Below, in pieces: positions 1 to 9,816 of a stretch of DNA of 64,000 bases. A program made the position numbers and the translations under genes. The notes below the pieces were generated by a model. It saw nothing but the letters and a program-made list of their open reading frames with translations, ran no database searches and had not been told where the DNA came from. Source of the DNA: a virus (taxonomy: Duplodnaviria > Caudoviricetes); the IMG/VR virus record IMGVR_UViG_3300020036_007076, positions 5,325 to 69,324 of that record. One strand, written 5' to 3'. How positions within the stretch are numbered: the stretch's first letter is position 1; the number at the start of each line of letters is the position of its first letter.

Positions 1-236
1 ATTGTGAAGAAATAGCTTCAAAATTAATTTACTAGGATTACAAAATCTTTTAACGTATATTTATTTTATGATATCAATTCAGTTTACTAATGTACCTAAT
101 GTAGAAGAAGAAATAAGGATTATGAGTGAAAAATATATATTTAAATCAATAGAAAGATATACTTGTTGGTATGATAAAACTTCTATTGTTAGAATATTTT
201 TTTATGAAAATGCCTTTTAACATATATATTTAAAAC

Positions 237-500
237 ATGAAATTAAGAATAATAGAAATTATCCAATATCCTGGAGCTAAAGGAAAAAACAACCAACACA
301 GTAATTATTTTATTATTGAACAAAAACATCTTTTTAGATGGAAACAAATAAAAGTAATTGATATTCATGAGTCTACTAAATCATATCATTCATATTTAGA
401 TGCGGAAAAAGATATTTATGAAAATTATATGAATAGATGGGGAGAATGTATAAAAAATGGAAATGTTTATACTTGGAAACCATATTCATTCTGGGGGTAA
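237..500 (+). CDS. hypothetical protein
   Basis: ORF in the co-directional early block. Confidence 0.6.
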   Translation: MKLRIIEIIQYPGAKGKNNQHSNYFIIEQKHLFRWKQIKVIDIHESTKSYHSYLDAEKDIYENYMNRWGECIKNGNVYTWKPYSFWG

Positions 501-720
501 AAAAATGATTAATAAAGAACAATTAAACTCAATAAATTTTATTTCAGATGATGGTACTTATTATTATGATAAGGGAACATTTGATTATCAATATAATATA
601 AAAAACCAAGAATTATGGTATTATAATGATGGTTATGGAGATGAAGAGTTTATGTGTAGAGTAACAGATATAGAAGAATTAAAAAATTTAATAAATTATT
701 CGGATTATGAATTTAATTGA
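487..720 (+). CDS. hypothetical protein
   Basis: ORF 457..720; more likely start is MINKEQ after an A-rich leader (start approximate). Confidence 0.5.
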   Translation, partial: HSGGKKMINKEQLNSINFISDDGTYYYDKGTFDYQYNIKNQELWYYNDGYGDEEFMCRVTDIEELKNLINYSDYEFN

Positions 721-1159
721 AATATTTAGTATTATTATAATACATTGGATTGCTGATTTTGTATTACAAACAGAAAAACAAGCAACAGGAAAAAGTAAAA
801 ATTGGAGCGATTTACTTTCTCATACATCAGTATATAACTCCGTTTGGGCGGTATTTATTCCTATATATTTTATAGTATTTGGTCATGTTGGAGTTTTTAT
901 GGCAATATTATTATCTATGTTATTTGTAGTAATAACATTTATCTTCCATACAACAACAGACTATTTTACAAGTCGTTTAAATTCTAAATTAATTCCTGAA
1001 AGAGAATATGCCCATAATTATGGTAAAGGTGTAGATAAATATTCATTTTTTAGATATAAAAACGAAAATTGGCATAATTTCTTCGTATCAGTTGGGTTTG
1101 ACCAAGTATTACACTACATCCAATTATTCACAACATATTATTTATTAAAAACTTTATGA
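707..1159 (+). CDS. DUF3307-like membrane protein
   Basis: HWIADFVLQT at N-terminus, DQVLH at C-terminus, hydrophobic segments. Confidence 0.75.
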   Translation: MNLIEIFSIIIIHWIADFVLQTEKQATGKSKNWSDLLSHTSVYNSVWAVFIPIYFIVFGHVGVFMAILLSMLFVVITFIFHTTTDYFTSRLNSKLIPEREYAHNYGKGVDKYSFFRYKNENWHNFFVSVGFDQVLHYIQLFTTYYLLKTL

Positions 1160-1332
1160 TAAAAATATTCAAAAGATTATTATTTATATTAATTTGTTGG
1201 TGGGTTTTTCCATTAAATATATTGATTGCTTTTTTATTAGCAATCCCATATTATATTATAACAGGAAAACTTTCGATGGATGCTAAACCATTTAAACAAA
1301 TAAATGACTGGTTATTAAATTTAACCGAATAA
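1156..1332 (+). CDS. small membrane protein (paralog of 5107..5301); not in ORF track
   Basis: MIKIFKRLLFILICWWVFPLNILIA...YYIITGKLSMDAKPFK matches MKNILKRLLFILLIWVPLLNILVA...YFIITGKFIFDAKLFK. Confidence 0.7.
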   Translation: MIKIFKRLLFILICWWVFPLNILIAFLLAIPYYIITGKLSMDAKPFKQINDWLLNLTE

Positions 1333-1449
1333 TATTTGAACTCGCCGTTCATTATTTAGGGGAAAAGGGGGATAGGTTTAGTGGATTTTACCTCCCCCTC
1401 CCTTTATACTTTACTAGGATTATAAAATCTTTTAATATATATTTATATT

Positions 1450-1890
1450 ATGAAAAAAACAATTGAAATCCCAAATTATGAATTTTCTCCATTCCTTATA
1501 TTAGAAGGGGGGAGAAGTTTACACGATGGGGAAAGATACCTTGTTAAAAGTTTAAATTATTGGAATGTTGATAATTGGGTTATTGATAATTTATATGAAG
1601 ATCCTTCAAGACTTGCTGCAATGCAATTCTTAAAACCTAAAACTATAATTTTAGGAACAACAGGTGTTTATATAGAAAAATTAAAAATATTAATAGATTT
1701 ATTTTTCAGTTTAAAACTTGATTATATTGAAAATGTTATATTAACAATATCTGCTGAGGATGTATTGTGGGATGAAATTAAGAAATTGAAAAAGATAAAT
1801 AAAAAAGTTAAATTTTTCACTTTAGAATCTTGTCCTTCAATGTTTGATGATGAAGGGGAAAAGTATGAAATAGCTAAATTAAAATTATAA
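1450..1890 (+). CDS. hypothetical protein
   Basis: ORF directly after promoter repeat at 1415. Confidence 0.7.
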   Translation: MKKTIEIPNYEFSPFLILEGGRSLHDGERYLVKSLNYWNVDNWVIDNLYEDPSRLAAMQFLKPKTIILGTTGVYIEKLKILIDLFFSLKLDYIENVILTISAEDVLWDEIKKLKKINKKVKFFTLESCPSMFDDEGEKYEIAKLKL

Positions 1891-2846
1891 TGGATAAAGT
1901 TAAGGAAGAAAAAACATATAAATTATATTTTTATGAATGGGGTAATTTAGTAAAATTTGGGAAGGGGAAAACTGGAGCAAATAAACATGAATTTAAAACA
2001 TTTGAGGAATGTGAAAAACGAATAGAATATTTACTTTCACTTGCACGTATCCAAAATCATACAGAAAAACCAAAACAACAACTTAAACGACCAAATTTAA
2101 AATATAAAGTTGGAGATGAAGTTGTTTATAAGGGGTATATTGGAATTATCGCAGGGATAGGAAGTATAGAGGCTACTCATGAATATAAATTCAAAGGTTA
2201 TTCTGGTTGGCATGATGGAGATAGTGAACATTATATGTTTGATGAGAAAGGAAACAACATTAAACACGTTTGGGGTAATGATTATTTGTACGTAGATGAA
2301 TTTGAGTTAAAGCCTTATATTAAACCTAATCAAACAACAAAACAACAACTTTCAAAATATAAAATTGGGGAGAATGTTAAAGTAAAAATATATGATAATT
2401 ATTATAATGGAACTATTGAAGGAATTCAATATGGTACTGATAATAGAATAACTGGTTATAGATTTTATGGTTTTAATAAAGGTGGGCATAGTGGTGCGTT
2501 TAATACTTATGATTATGACCATTATGGAGAACCAATTAAATTTATTTCTAAAGAAAATACAAGATATTATTTTATAGAAGCATCATCTGTTATATATTCT
2601 TATGATATTAAAACACAAAATCCTCCAACAAAAGTTTATGACCCTCACACATTTGAAGAAAAATTTGTTTCTAGTAGTATTGAATTATCACCAATCCCTG
2701 AGGAAGAATTGGGGATAGATTTAGATTTTGAATATCCAACAGTGTGGGAAGATGAAATGGAAACTAAATCAAAAACATTAAAACATCAATCTCCAAAAGT
2801 AATGCAAATTAGTAAAAAACCATCTAAACTTTCACTCAAAAACTAA
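1890..2846 (+). CDS. hypothetical protein with two internal SH3-like repeats
   Basis: KQQLKRPNLKYKVGDEV...YKFKGYSGWHDG and KQQLSKYKIGENV...YRFYGFNKGGHSG. Confidence 0.6.
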   Translation: MDKVKEEKTYKLYFYEWGNLVKFGKGKTGANKHEFKTFEECEKRIEYLLSLARIQNHTEKPKQQLKRPNLKYKVGDEVVYKGYIGIIAGIGSIEATHEYKFKGYSGWHDGDSEHYMFDEKGNNIKHVWGNDYLYVDEFELKPYIKPNQTTKQQLSKYKIGENVKVKIYDNYYNGTIEGIQYGTDNRITGYRFYGFNKGGHSGAFNTYDYDHYGEPIKFISKENTRYYFIEASSVIYSYDIKTQNPPTKVYDPHTFEEKFVSSSIELSPIPEEELGIDLDFEYPTVWEDEMETKSKTLKHQSPKVMQISKKPSKLSLKN

Positions 2847-3256
2847 TGAAAACATTACTATGGCTTGATGATATAAGGTCACCATTCGAAAATGATGGGA
2901 GTTGGTTAGTGTTCTCTCCTATTGAACAACCTTTTGAGGTTATATGGGTTAAAACTTATGATGAATTTACTAAATGGATAACAGATAATGGATTACCAAC
3001 TGCAATCTGTTTTGACCATGATTTAGGAAAAGACATAGCATTGGCTAATATCAAATCTGGAATGAGTAAACGTGAAGCAAAAAGAATTAGACGTAACTCA
3101 ACAAAAACAGGAAAAGATTGTGCTAATTGGTTAGTAGAATATTGTATGGATAATGAAAAGGATTTACCTTTATATAACATTCAATCAGCTAACCCAGTAG
3201 GTAAAGAAAATATAGATGGATTATTAAAAAACTTTTTAAAATTTAAAAACAAATGA
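2846..3256 (+). CDS. cyclic-phosphate-processing receiver-like domain protein
   Basis: LWLDDIR, ICFDHDLG, TGKDCANWL and IQSANPVG motifs. Confidence 0.7.
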   Translation: MKTLLWLDDIRSPFENDGSWLVFSPIEQPFEVIWVKTYDEFTKWITDNGLPTAICFDHDLGKDIALANIKSGMSKREAKRIRRNSTKTGKDCANWLVEYCMDNEKDLPLYNIQSANPVGKENIDGLLKNFLKFKNK

Positions 3257-3498
3257 ATATAACATTAATAATTTATATAATTGGAATGATAGTTTCATAT
3301 TATATGATGAGAAAAATAGATAAATCATTTACTTATCTAGATTATACTTGGTTTGATGTATTAAGTTCGATGTTCTCTTCTCTTCTGAGTTGGATTACAG
3401 TATTAGTTATATCACCTTTATATATAAAAAGATGTGTTAAAAATGAATTTATTAAAAAATTATTTTCCAAATTGAAAACACCACCAACATGGCTTTAA
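3253..3498 (+). CDS. small membrane protein
   Basis: two hydrophobic stretches. Confidence 0.55.
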   Translation: MNITLIIYIIGMIVSYYMMRKIDKSFTYLDYTWFDVLSSMFSSLLSWITVLVISPLYIKRCVKNEFIKKLFSKLKTPPTWL

Positions 3499-4148
3499 AA
3501 AAACACACTCAACTACCTATCCCTTCAGGTTCAAGTTGGGATAAAAAAACATATAATCCATATTTTTTATTTAATGCTTGGTTATATAATAAATTTCCAC
3601 ATACTTGGTTTTATAAAAATTATGATAAATTTATCCAAACCCCAATAAGTAGTTTTATTGGAGGTGTAAAATCATTAATTAGATGGCTTCCAATTATATG
3701 GAAGGATCGAAATTGGGATAGTCACTATACATTAGAAATATTAAAACATAAATTAATATTACAAAGAGAATATCTTGTTACAAACAATAGATTTACTACT
3801 GTAGATGTTGTTAATAGAGATATTACATTATGTCTTAATTTAATTGAAAGACTTCAAGATGATTTTTATGAAGTAGAATATCAAGATTATTATGAAGAGG
3901 ATATGTGGTTTGAACCAATTGAAGGAGGAATGTATAGTGTAAAATCAAAAGTAATAAGAGAAAATTTACAAGATTATTTTGATAAATATCCTTTAGTTGT
4001 AAGTAAAATTTATAGAAAACACCCACAACCATATTCAACTCCTCCTAATATATCAATTGCTCTTCAAGTTGGAACTGAAAATCATGAAAGATGTAAAAGA
4101 TTATTGTTTAAAGTTTTACAAGATAAAATCGAACATTGGTGGGATTAA
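3489..4148 (+). CDS. hypothetical phage protein
   Basis: 219 aa ORF ending in WWD. Confidence 0.7.
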   Translation: MALKKHTQLPIPSGSSWDKKTYNPYFLFNAWLYNKFPHTWFYKNYDKFIQTPISSFIGGVKSLIRWLPIIWKDRNWDSHYTLEILKHKLILQREYLVTNNRFTTVDVVNRDITLCLNLIERLQDDFYEVEYQDYYEEDMWFEPIEGGMYSVKSKVIRENLQDYFDKYPLVVSKIYRKHPQPYSTPPNISIALQVGTENHERCKRLLFKVLQDKIEHWWD

Positions 4149-4166
4149 TTAAATAAAATAATAGTT

Positions 4167-4484
4167 ATGTTTAAAATAGGACAAAAAGTAGTTTATATTA
4201 CTGGTATACACATGGAAAAAGGTACTATATGTGTAGTATCTGATGTAGAACAAAACCCTTGTGGATGTACTGACATTGCAATAAATGGAGAAAAAATCAT
4301 AAGAAACCCTGTATTTGGAGGTGGAATTAGATGTTCTGATTGTGGTAGTGTATATGAAAAAAATTATGTTGTTAGAGGAAATAATTGGAATGCCCATTCA
4401 TTCCGTCCATTAGATGAATCATTCGCAGAAGGGATTATTGAAATGATTGAAAAATCAATTGAAGAAGAATTGGTAAATTATTAG
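4167..4484 (+). CDS. hypothetical protein with CxC/CxxC motifs
   Basis: MFKIGQKVV start; stop TAG is the first TAG of a promoter repeat. Confidence 0.7.
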   Translation: MFKIGQKVVYITGIHMEKGTICVVSDVEQNPCGCTDIAINGEKIIRNPVFGGGIRCSDCGSVYEKNYVVRGNNWNAHSFRPLDESFAEGIIEMIEKSIEEELVNY

Positions 4485-4532
4485 GATTACAAGATTTTTT
4501 AACATATATTCAAATAAATTAAAATAAAGGTT

Positions 4533-4718
4533 ATGGAAGATCAATTGATTAAGCGTATAAAAGGTGGGATGTTTGCTATTAAAACCAAACAAAAAACACC
4601 ACAAGATGCAGGTTTAGGAGTTTTATTTAATAAATTAAAAATTATTAATAAACCAATGCACGATGAATTAATGAATGATTACAAAGCAACTCTTCAACTT
4701 TTAAAAGATGATAAATAA
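4533..4718 (+). CDS. hypothetical protein
   Basis: follows promoter repeat and AAAGGTTATG leader. Confidence 0.7.
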   Translation: MEDQLIKRIKGGMFAIKTKQKTPQDAGLGVLFNKLKIINKPMHDELMNDYKATLQLLKDDK

Positions 4719-4884
4719 AGAATGGATTGATGATTTATTCTTTGAATCAAAACAAAGATTAAATTGGTATATTCAAGGTATTGGGATACATGGGTTAACC
4801 CCAGATTTATTCTCAAAACTAACAACAAAAAGGTTATGTGAAATCTATAATATTGATAAAAAATATTTTAAAAAATAAACAAAC

Positions 4885-5106
4885 ATGGACGGAATATTTA
4901 TATTAGCAATTTTAATTTTATGGTTATTTTGTGGATTAATGGGATTTATCCTAATAACTACAGAATGTAACATGAAAAATTTAAAAATAGTAAAATATAC
5001 ACCTACTAAATTAATTTTTTATATGCTTATAATGGGATATTTAGGATTAGTAATAACATTGTTTGTACCTGTTGAAAAATATTTAAAAACAGTTAAGAAA
5101 AAGTAG
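4885..5106 (+). CDS. small membrane protein
   Basis: two hydrophobic helices. Confidence 0.55.
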   Translation: MDGIFILAILILWLFCGLMGFILITTECNMKNLKIVKYTPTKLIFYMLIMGYLGLVITLFVPVEKYLKTVKKK

Positions 5107-5301
5107 ATGAAAAATATATTAAAAAGATTATTATTTATACTGTTAATTTGGGTACCACTTCTAAATATATTAGTGGCTGGAATATTAGTGGCTCCTTATT
5201 TTATAATAACAGGGAAATTCATATTTGATGCTAAATTATTTAAATTAATAATGAATCTTCATTACAATTTAATTGAACAAAAAAATAAAAATGGAAAATA
5301 A
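5107..5301 (+). CDS. small membrane protein (paralog of 1156..1332)
   Basis: similarity visible by eye. Confidence 0.65.
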   Translation: MKNILKRLLFILLIWVPLLNILVAGILVAPYFIITGKFIFDAKLFKLIMNLHYNLIEQKNKNGK

Positions 5302-5719
5302 AAATACACCAATTTATCCAATAGCAGATTTAAATAATCATCCTTCATTACTATTTGGTTTAACAAAACGAGAATATTTTGTTGGTTTAGCTATGCAAGG
5401 ATTATTATCAAATCAGTCAATCACAGAACATCATGGAGAATCTGCAATAAAATGGATTACTGAGCATTCAATTAAACAAGCAGATGAAATATTAAAACAA
5501 TTAGGATTAAATATAATAGAAGAATCAAATGAATTCTTTAAAAATAAAGATGAAGTTTGGGTAAAAGATTTAGAGGATGAACTTCCAGTAAGTGCTATTT
5601 TCATTAAATATAATGATTCTAACCAAAAATTTAAATATAGGGTTATAATAGGAGGAAATGATTATGAATCTGATGTTGCTTTTTGTAAATTAAAAGGAAC
5701 TGACCAAAAATGGTATTAA
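5291..5719 (+). CDS. hypothetical phage protein (TKREYF..AMQGLL family)
   Basis: GLTKREYFVGLAMQGLL motif; start reassigned to MENKN. Confidence 0.65.
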   Translation: MENKNTPIYPIADLNNHPSLLFGLTKREYFVGLAMQGLLSNQSITEHHGESAIKWITEHSIKQADEILKQLGLNIIEESNEFFKNKDEVWVKDLEDELPVSAIFIKYNDSNQKFKYRVIIGGNDYESDVAFCKLKGTDQKWY

Positions 5720-5747
5720 TTTAATTCACCCTTATATAAAATATAAT

Positions 5748-6152
5748 ATGAACAATAAATCAACTTACAGCAATAAACATATAGTTAGAGTTACTCTAAT
5801 TCAACCAAAACCAATAAAATGGTTAGAATTTAGAGAAGCTAAAACCAAAACATATTTATTTGGTTTAATAAAAAGACATACTCCTGAAAGATATAGGAAT
5901 GTAGATAATTGGGGACATAATAGTTATTATACAGAAGAAGAACTACAGAATAAAAAATGGGAGTATAATTTTGCTCCTTTAATTAAAGATAAAAAGGTAT
6001 ATTATCCATATTCTGTGGAGGTGGTGTTTGTGAATGGACATAAATTCATAAGTCCAGATATTTACACTAATGAGAAAGCAGAAGAATTATATGAATATTA
6101 TATAAGTTTAATGGCAAGAAGATTTGGAAATTTTAATTCTGAGATTGAATAA
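5748..6152 (+). CDS. hypothetical protein
   Basis: ORF. Confidence 0.6.
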   Translation: MNNKSTYSNKHIVRVTLIQPKPIKWLEFREAKTKTYLFGLIKRHTPERYRNVDNWGHNSYYTEEELQNKKWEYNFAPLIKDKKVYYPYSVEVVFVNGHKFISPDIYTNEKAEELYEYYISLMARRFGNFNSEIE

Positions 6153-6209
6153 AGTACTAGGATTACAAAATTTTTTAACATATATTTATAAAAATTAAAA
6201 GATATACAA

Positions 6210-6764
6210 ATGACAGACGAACAAATATTTAAGGGATGTATTGATAATAATCCTTTAGCTCAAGAATATCTGTATAAAAAATATCATAAAGATATGTTTA
6301 AAGTATGTTTGAGATATGCTAATTACGATTTCAAAGAAGCTGAGGATATGTTACAAAATGGATTTATAATGGTTTTTAGAAAAATAGATCAATATAAAGG
6401 AACAGGCCCATTAGGGGGGTGGATTAGAAGAGTAATAGTTAATGTATCACTTACTATGGTGAGAAAAAACAAACTAAACCATTTATCCATCATGAATGAA
6501 TCAGGTGTAGATAAACAAGTTTTCATTTCATCTCCATTTACCAACTATACTGATCAAAATGTTAATAATAAAGACTTATTAAAAATAATACAAACGCTAC
6601 CTACTGGCTTTAAAACAGTATTTAACCTTTATGCCATTGAAGGCTATTCGCACAAAGAAATTGGCGATATGCTTGGTATTTCGGAAGGAACTTCTAAATC
6701 GCAGTACTCAAGAGCAAAAACTCATTTGAAAAAGATGGTAGTAGAAAGTGGATTTACTTATTAG
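6210..6764 (+). CDS. ECF-type RNA polymerase sigma factor (sigma-70 family, RpoE-like)
   Basis: Region 2 (AEDMLQNGFIMVF...GWIRRVIVN) and region 4 (LPTGFKTVFNLYAIEGYSHKEIGDMLGISEGTSKSQYSRAK), typical of Bacteroidota ECF sigmas. Confidence 0.92.
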   Translation: MTDEQIFKGCIDNNPLAQEYLYKKYHKDMFKVCLRYANYDFKEAEDMLQNGFIMVFRKIDQYKGTGPLGGWIRRVIVNVSLTMVRKNKLNHLSIMNESGVDKQVFISSPFTNYTDQNVNNKDLLKIIQTLPTGFKTVFNLYAIEGYSHKEIGDMLGISEGTSKSQYSRAKTHLKKMVVESGFTY

Positions 6765-6812
6765 GCTTACAAAACTTATAATCGTATATTCAAATAAATT
6801 AAAATAAAGGTT

Positions 6813-7142
6813 ATGGAAAATCTAAAACATACTAAAGGTAAATGGTATGCTTGCTGTAAAGATAAAACACCTCATTTTGTCTTTTCTAAAGACGGAGAGG
6901 TTACAATTTGTATTCCTTGTAAAAGACAAGATACTGGAATTGAACTGTCGGATGAAGAATTTAGAGCCAACGCAAAACTAATTGCATCTGCTCCTGATTT
7001 ATTAGACGCTTTGATTGAGGCAAAAGAACAAATAGAGCATTTGGCTTGGAAATTAAATAAAGATGGTAGTGATTTTGCAAAAGTTACAACTAAAGAAGCT
7101 TTAAAACAAATAGAAAACACAATCAATAAAGCAACAAAATAA
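6813..7142 (+). CDS. hypothetical phage protein (HTKGKW...ANAKLIASAPDLL family)
   Basis: recurrent phage protein motif; own promoter repeat. Confidence 0.7.
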   Translation: MENLKHTKGKWYACCKDKTPHFVFSKDGEVTICIPCKRQDTGIELSDEEFRANAKLIASAPDLLDALIEAKEQIEHLAWKLNKDGSDFAKVTTKEALKQIENTINKATK

Positions 7143-7143
7143 T

Positions 7144-7311
7144 ATGACAAATCGAGACAAAGCAATTGATATTTTATCTGAATTATCATTACAAGGAATT
7201 TCTAATGAACAAATCATAGAACACATTCTAACCAATGTATTATCAGGAGATAAAGCATTAGAAGTAATGAAAGATTGTGCGGATGAATTTTCTGTCAATT
7301 ATGAAGACTAG
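7144..7311 (+). CDS. hypothetical protein; not in ORF track
   Basis: MTNRDKAIDILSEL...SVNYED*; stop overlaps promoter TAG. Confidence 0.6.
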   Translation: MTNRDKAIDILSELSLQGISNEQIIEHILTNVLSGDKALEVMKDCADEFSVNYED

Positions 7312-7344
7312 GCTTATATAATTTTTTAACATATATTTAAAAAT

Positions 7345-7740
7345 ATGAAATTAACACAAGAACAAATAGAAAAAATTAATAAAGAATGTCCTTATGATCA
7401 AGGTATATTTAATGAACCATTTGGTATTCCAAATAATGTTAAAGGATTAGTCATATATGGTCGTTATGAATCAGGAGGGGTAAGTGGTGGATCTTGTTGG
7501 GATTCTAGTAATCCACAACCATACTACAGAGAATCTCCCCCAGATAGAATGAAAGTATTGGATTTAGTTTTGAGAGAAATTAACCCAAATATTTCAGTTT
7601 TAGATTATAGATTAATAAGTGGTCTTATTCAAAGTAGTACAGATACAGATTGGGAATATTATGGTAATCATACCGATTATGTGATTGAATATATATTGTT
7701 AGAAGAGTTATATCAAACATTAGAAAAATTAGGTTATTAG
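7345..7740 (+). CDS. hypothetical protein
   Basis: ORF between two promoter repeats. Confidence 0.7.
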   Translation: MKLTQEQIEKINKECPYDQGIFNEPFGIPNNVKGLVIYGRYESGGVSGGSCWDSSNPQPYYRESPPDRMKVLDLVLREINPNISVLDYRLISGLIQSSTDTDWEYYGNHTDYVIEYILLEELYQTLEKLGY

Positions 7741-7783
7741 GCTTACATAATTTTCAAGTGTATATTTATTAAAAATAAAGGTT

Positions 7784-8044
7784 ATGAAAAGAGAAGAATA
7801 TGTTCAAATGCGTAATTCCAAAACCATATCAATGGAATTAGCTTGGGAATTTTACCAATTAACTCCACACAAATCTCCAAAAGTACCAATTCAATTATTT
7901 GAACAAGTATTTCCAATGTTCTTACAAGGAATATTAATGTTCAATTCAACTATAGATAAATTATATCTCCACTACGACATGAAATTCAATGTTCATAAAT
8001 TAGATGGAACATTTAAAGGTCAAACAATTTCTAAATATTATTAA
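7784..8044 (+). CDS. hypothetical protein
   Basis: follows promoter repeat. Confidence 0.65.
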   Translation: MKREEYVQMRNSKTISMELAWEFYQLTPHKSPKVPIQLFEQVFPMFLQGILMFNSTIDKLYLHYDMKFNVHKLDGTFKGQTISKYY

Positions 8045-8247
8045 AAAATGGAAACAACAAATCTTATTTATCACTTATTAGTGGTATTAATGTCAATAGT
8101 TATGTTTAACACAAAAATAACTGCACCAAATGATTTTCTTGAAATTATTCTAAAATCACTTGCAAAATTAGGTTCATTATTTTGTATGTTATATGCTGGA
8201 GTTTAGTTGTTTAAATATTTTGGAATTATATAAAATAATATGGAATA

Positions 8248-8296
8248 TAACGGCATCAAGCTATGCGCTCGTTTTAATAGCGCATAGGTTGTGTTA
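8248..8296 (+). repeat. attC-like site S1
   Basis: TAAC ggcat CAAgCTATGCGCT cgttttaat AGCGCATAGgTTG t GTTA. Confidence 0.8.
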
Positions 8297-8435
8297 GTTG
8301 GTGCGGTTGCCAGTGGGCTGGTTCTGTTTGTTTTTGTTCTTTTTTGAGAAGGGAGGGGAATTTTAACAAATTATTTGAAACTTTTATTTGTATATATCGT
8401 ATATATGATGTATATTTACTGAAAAATTATAAACC

Positions 8436-8678
8436 ATGAAAACAAAAGAATATAATACAGTTGGTACAGTTGCTTTAAAAGCAGGCGGAACAATGGAAAT
8501 AGGTTCATATTTCAAAGAATTTGAATGCGAAGAAACTGGAATGAAATTAATTGAAGAAACACCAGTTGGATTAATGAGAATTACAGGTATAAAAAGAACT
8601 GTAATATTACCAACAGGAGAAAGAGAAAATTTTATGACTGAAACCACATTTGAAATATTTAAAAAATTAATGAAATGA
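8436..8678 (+). CDS. cassette 1 gene A, hypothetical
   Basis: inside cassette GTTAGTTG(8293)...CAACTAAC(8838). Confidence 0.65.
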   Translation: MKTKEYNTVGTVALKAGGTMEIGSYFKEFECEETGMKLIEETPVGLMRITGIKRTVILPTGERENFMTETTFEIFKKLMK

Positions 8679-8830
8679 GTAAGCAACGTAAAAATATAGA
8701 CTTCACTGATTTTTGTATTGAACAAATTTCGATTGAAGCAGTAAAGAAAAAAACCGATTTCAAGAATTATATTCAGGAATTATCTGAACGTGAAGCTGTG
8801 CGGTTGGCAAAAAAGAACAAAAACAAATAG
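8675..8830 (+). CDS. cassette 1 gene B, small hypothetical; not in ORF track
   Basis: MSKQRKNIDFTDFCIEQ...KNKNK*; ends immediately before CAACTAAC. Confidence 0.55.
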   Translation: MSKQRKNIDFTDFCIEQISIEAVKKKTDFKNYIQELSEREAVRLAKKNKNK

Positions 8831-8834
8831 CAAC

Positions 8835-8920
8835 TAACGGACGGCAATATATGTAGTTGCCTTGCACGAACTTAAAAATTAGTATAAACCTTAATAGGCA
8901 ATTACATATATTGCTTGTTA
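8835..8920 (+). repeat. attC-like site S2
   Basis: TAAC ggacg GCAATATATGTAGTTGCC ... GGCAATTACATATATTGC tt GTTA. Confidence 0.85.
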
Positions 8921-8934
8921 GCAAACGTTTTTTT

Positions 8935-9267
8935 ATGGATTATAAATTAACAACAAATATACAATATTCACACCACGATAAAGATGGTGCTGACAGAAAT
9001 TATATATCATATTTTTTGAATGGCATATTAATATTGAAACAAAAAATACCATTCGATACAAATTGGGAACGTGGCTTTGATAGACGAACATCAATATATG
9101 ATGAATATATTTTGAATGGTAAAATGTATCAAAAACGTAGAAAGTGGCTTGGATGTTCTAATGAGGATAATGATAAAACGGAAATACGAGAGGTGTCATT
9201 CCCATTATCAAAAAATAGATTAGCACAATTTGATATACCAAAGGACTTTCGGATTGTGGTGTCTTAA
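8935..9267 (+). CDS. cassette 2 gene, hypothetical
   Basis: start reassigned to MDYKL; flanked by GTTAGCAAAC and GTTTGCTAAC. Confidence 0.7.
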   Translation: MDYKLTTNIQYSHHDKDGADRNYISYFLNGILILKQKIPFDTNWERGFDRRTSIYDEYILNGKMYQKRRKWLGCSNEDNDKTEIREVSFPLSKNRLAQFDIPKDFRIVVS

Positions 9268-9276
9268 TATGTTTGC

Positions 9277-9402
9277 TAACGTAAAAGTATTGCCGAAGGT
9301 GGGGGCATTAAACCACCAAAGCTAAATTGAAACACAAATGATTGTTAAACCGATGAAGCACCATAGTAGCACTTCTGCCCCACTTTTGGCAATACAGTGT
9401 TA
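9277..9402 (+). repeat. attC-like site S3
   Basis: GTATTGCCGAAGGTGGGG ... CCCCACTTTTGGCAATAC between TAAC and GTTA. Confidence 0.85.
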
Positions 9403-9431
9403 GGTGCAGTGCTTCTCACAAATTTAAAATA

Positions 9432-9680
9432 ATGAAATACATAATTTATGAAATGATTACACCCGAACACTTACAAAAAGTAGTTCAAGAAGGTTATGGT
9501 TACACAAAAACACTTTACAGAAATGTCTTAGAAAAATTAGATGTTTCAGGTGTTGAAGCAGAACACCAAACATTAGAAATGGCTATGGCTGAAATTTTGT
9601 CAAAAAAAGATAAGTTGAAACACTTAGAATTAACGATACTTCCTGTAATAGCAATTTCTTGGGACGGTGAAGTTTCTTAG
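9432..9680 (+). CDS. cassette 3 gene, hypothetical
   Basis: flanked by GTTAGGTGCAGTGCT and AGCATTGCACCTAAC. Confidence 0.7.
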   Translation: MKYIIYEMITPEHLQKVVQEGYGYTKTLYRNVLEKLDVSGVEAEHQTLEMAMAEILSKKDKLKHLELTILPVIAISWDGEVS

Positions 9681-9689
9681 CATTGCACC

Positions 9690-9816
9690 TAACGGCTTCG
9701 GGCTTTGTGTCCGTTGGCGACTTAACCCACCAATGTTAAATTAAAATACAAAACTTGATAATATGAAAAATGTTGAATTGAAAAACGAAACCCCCACTTT
9801 TGGCAATGTGCTGTTA
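9690..9816 (+). repeat. attC-like site S4 (hybrid arms)
   Basis: left arm CGGGCTTTGTGTCCGTTGGCG; non-matching right arm CCCCACTTTTGGCAAT. Confidence 0.8.

Noticed and set aside
1357-1408. G-rich/C-rich stretch as a G-quadruplex or special element
   Set aside because: More simply an imperfect terminator-like hairpin just before a promoter repeat.
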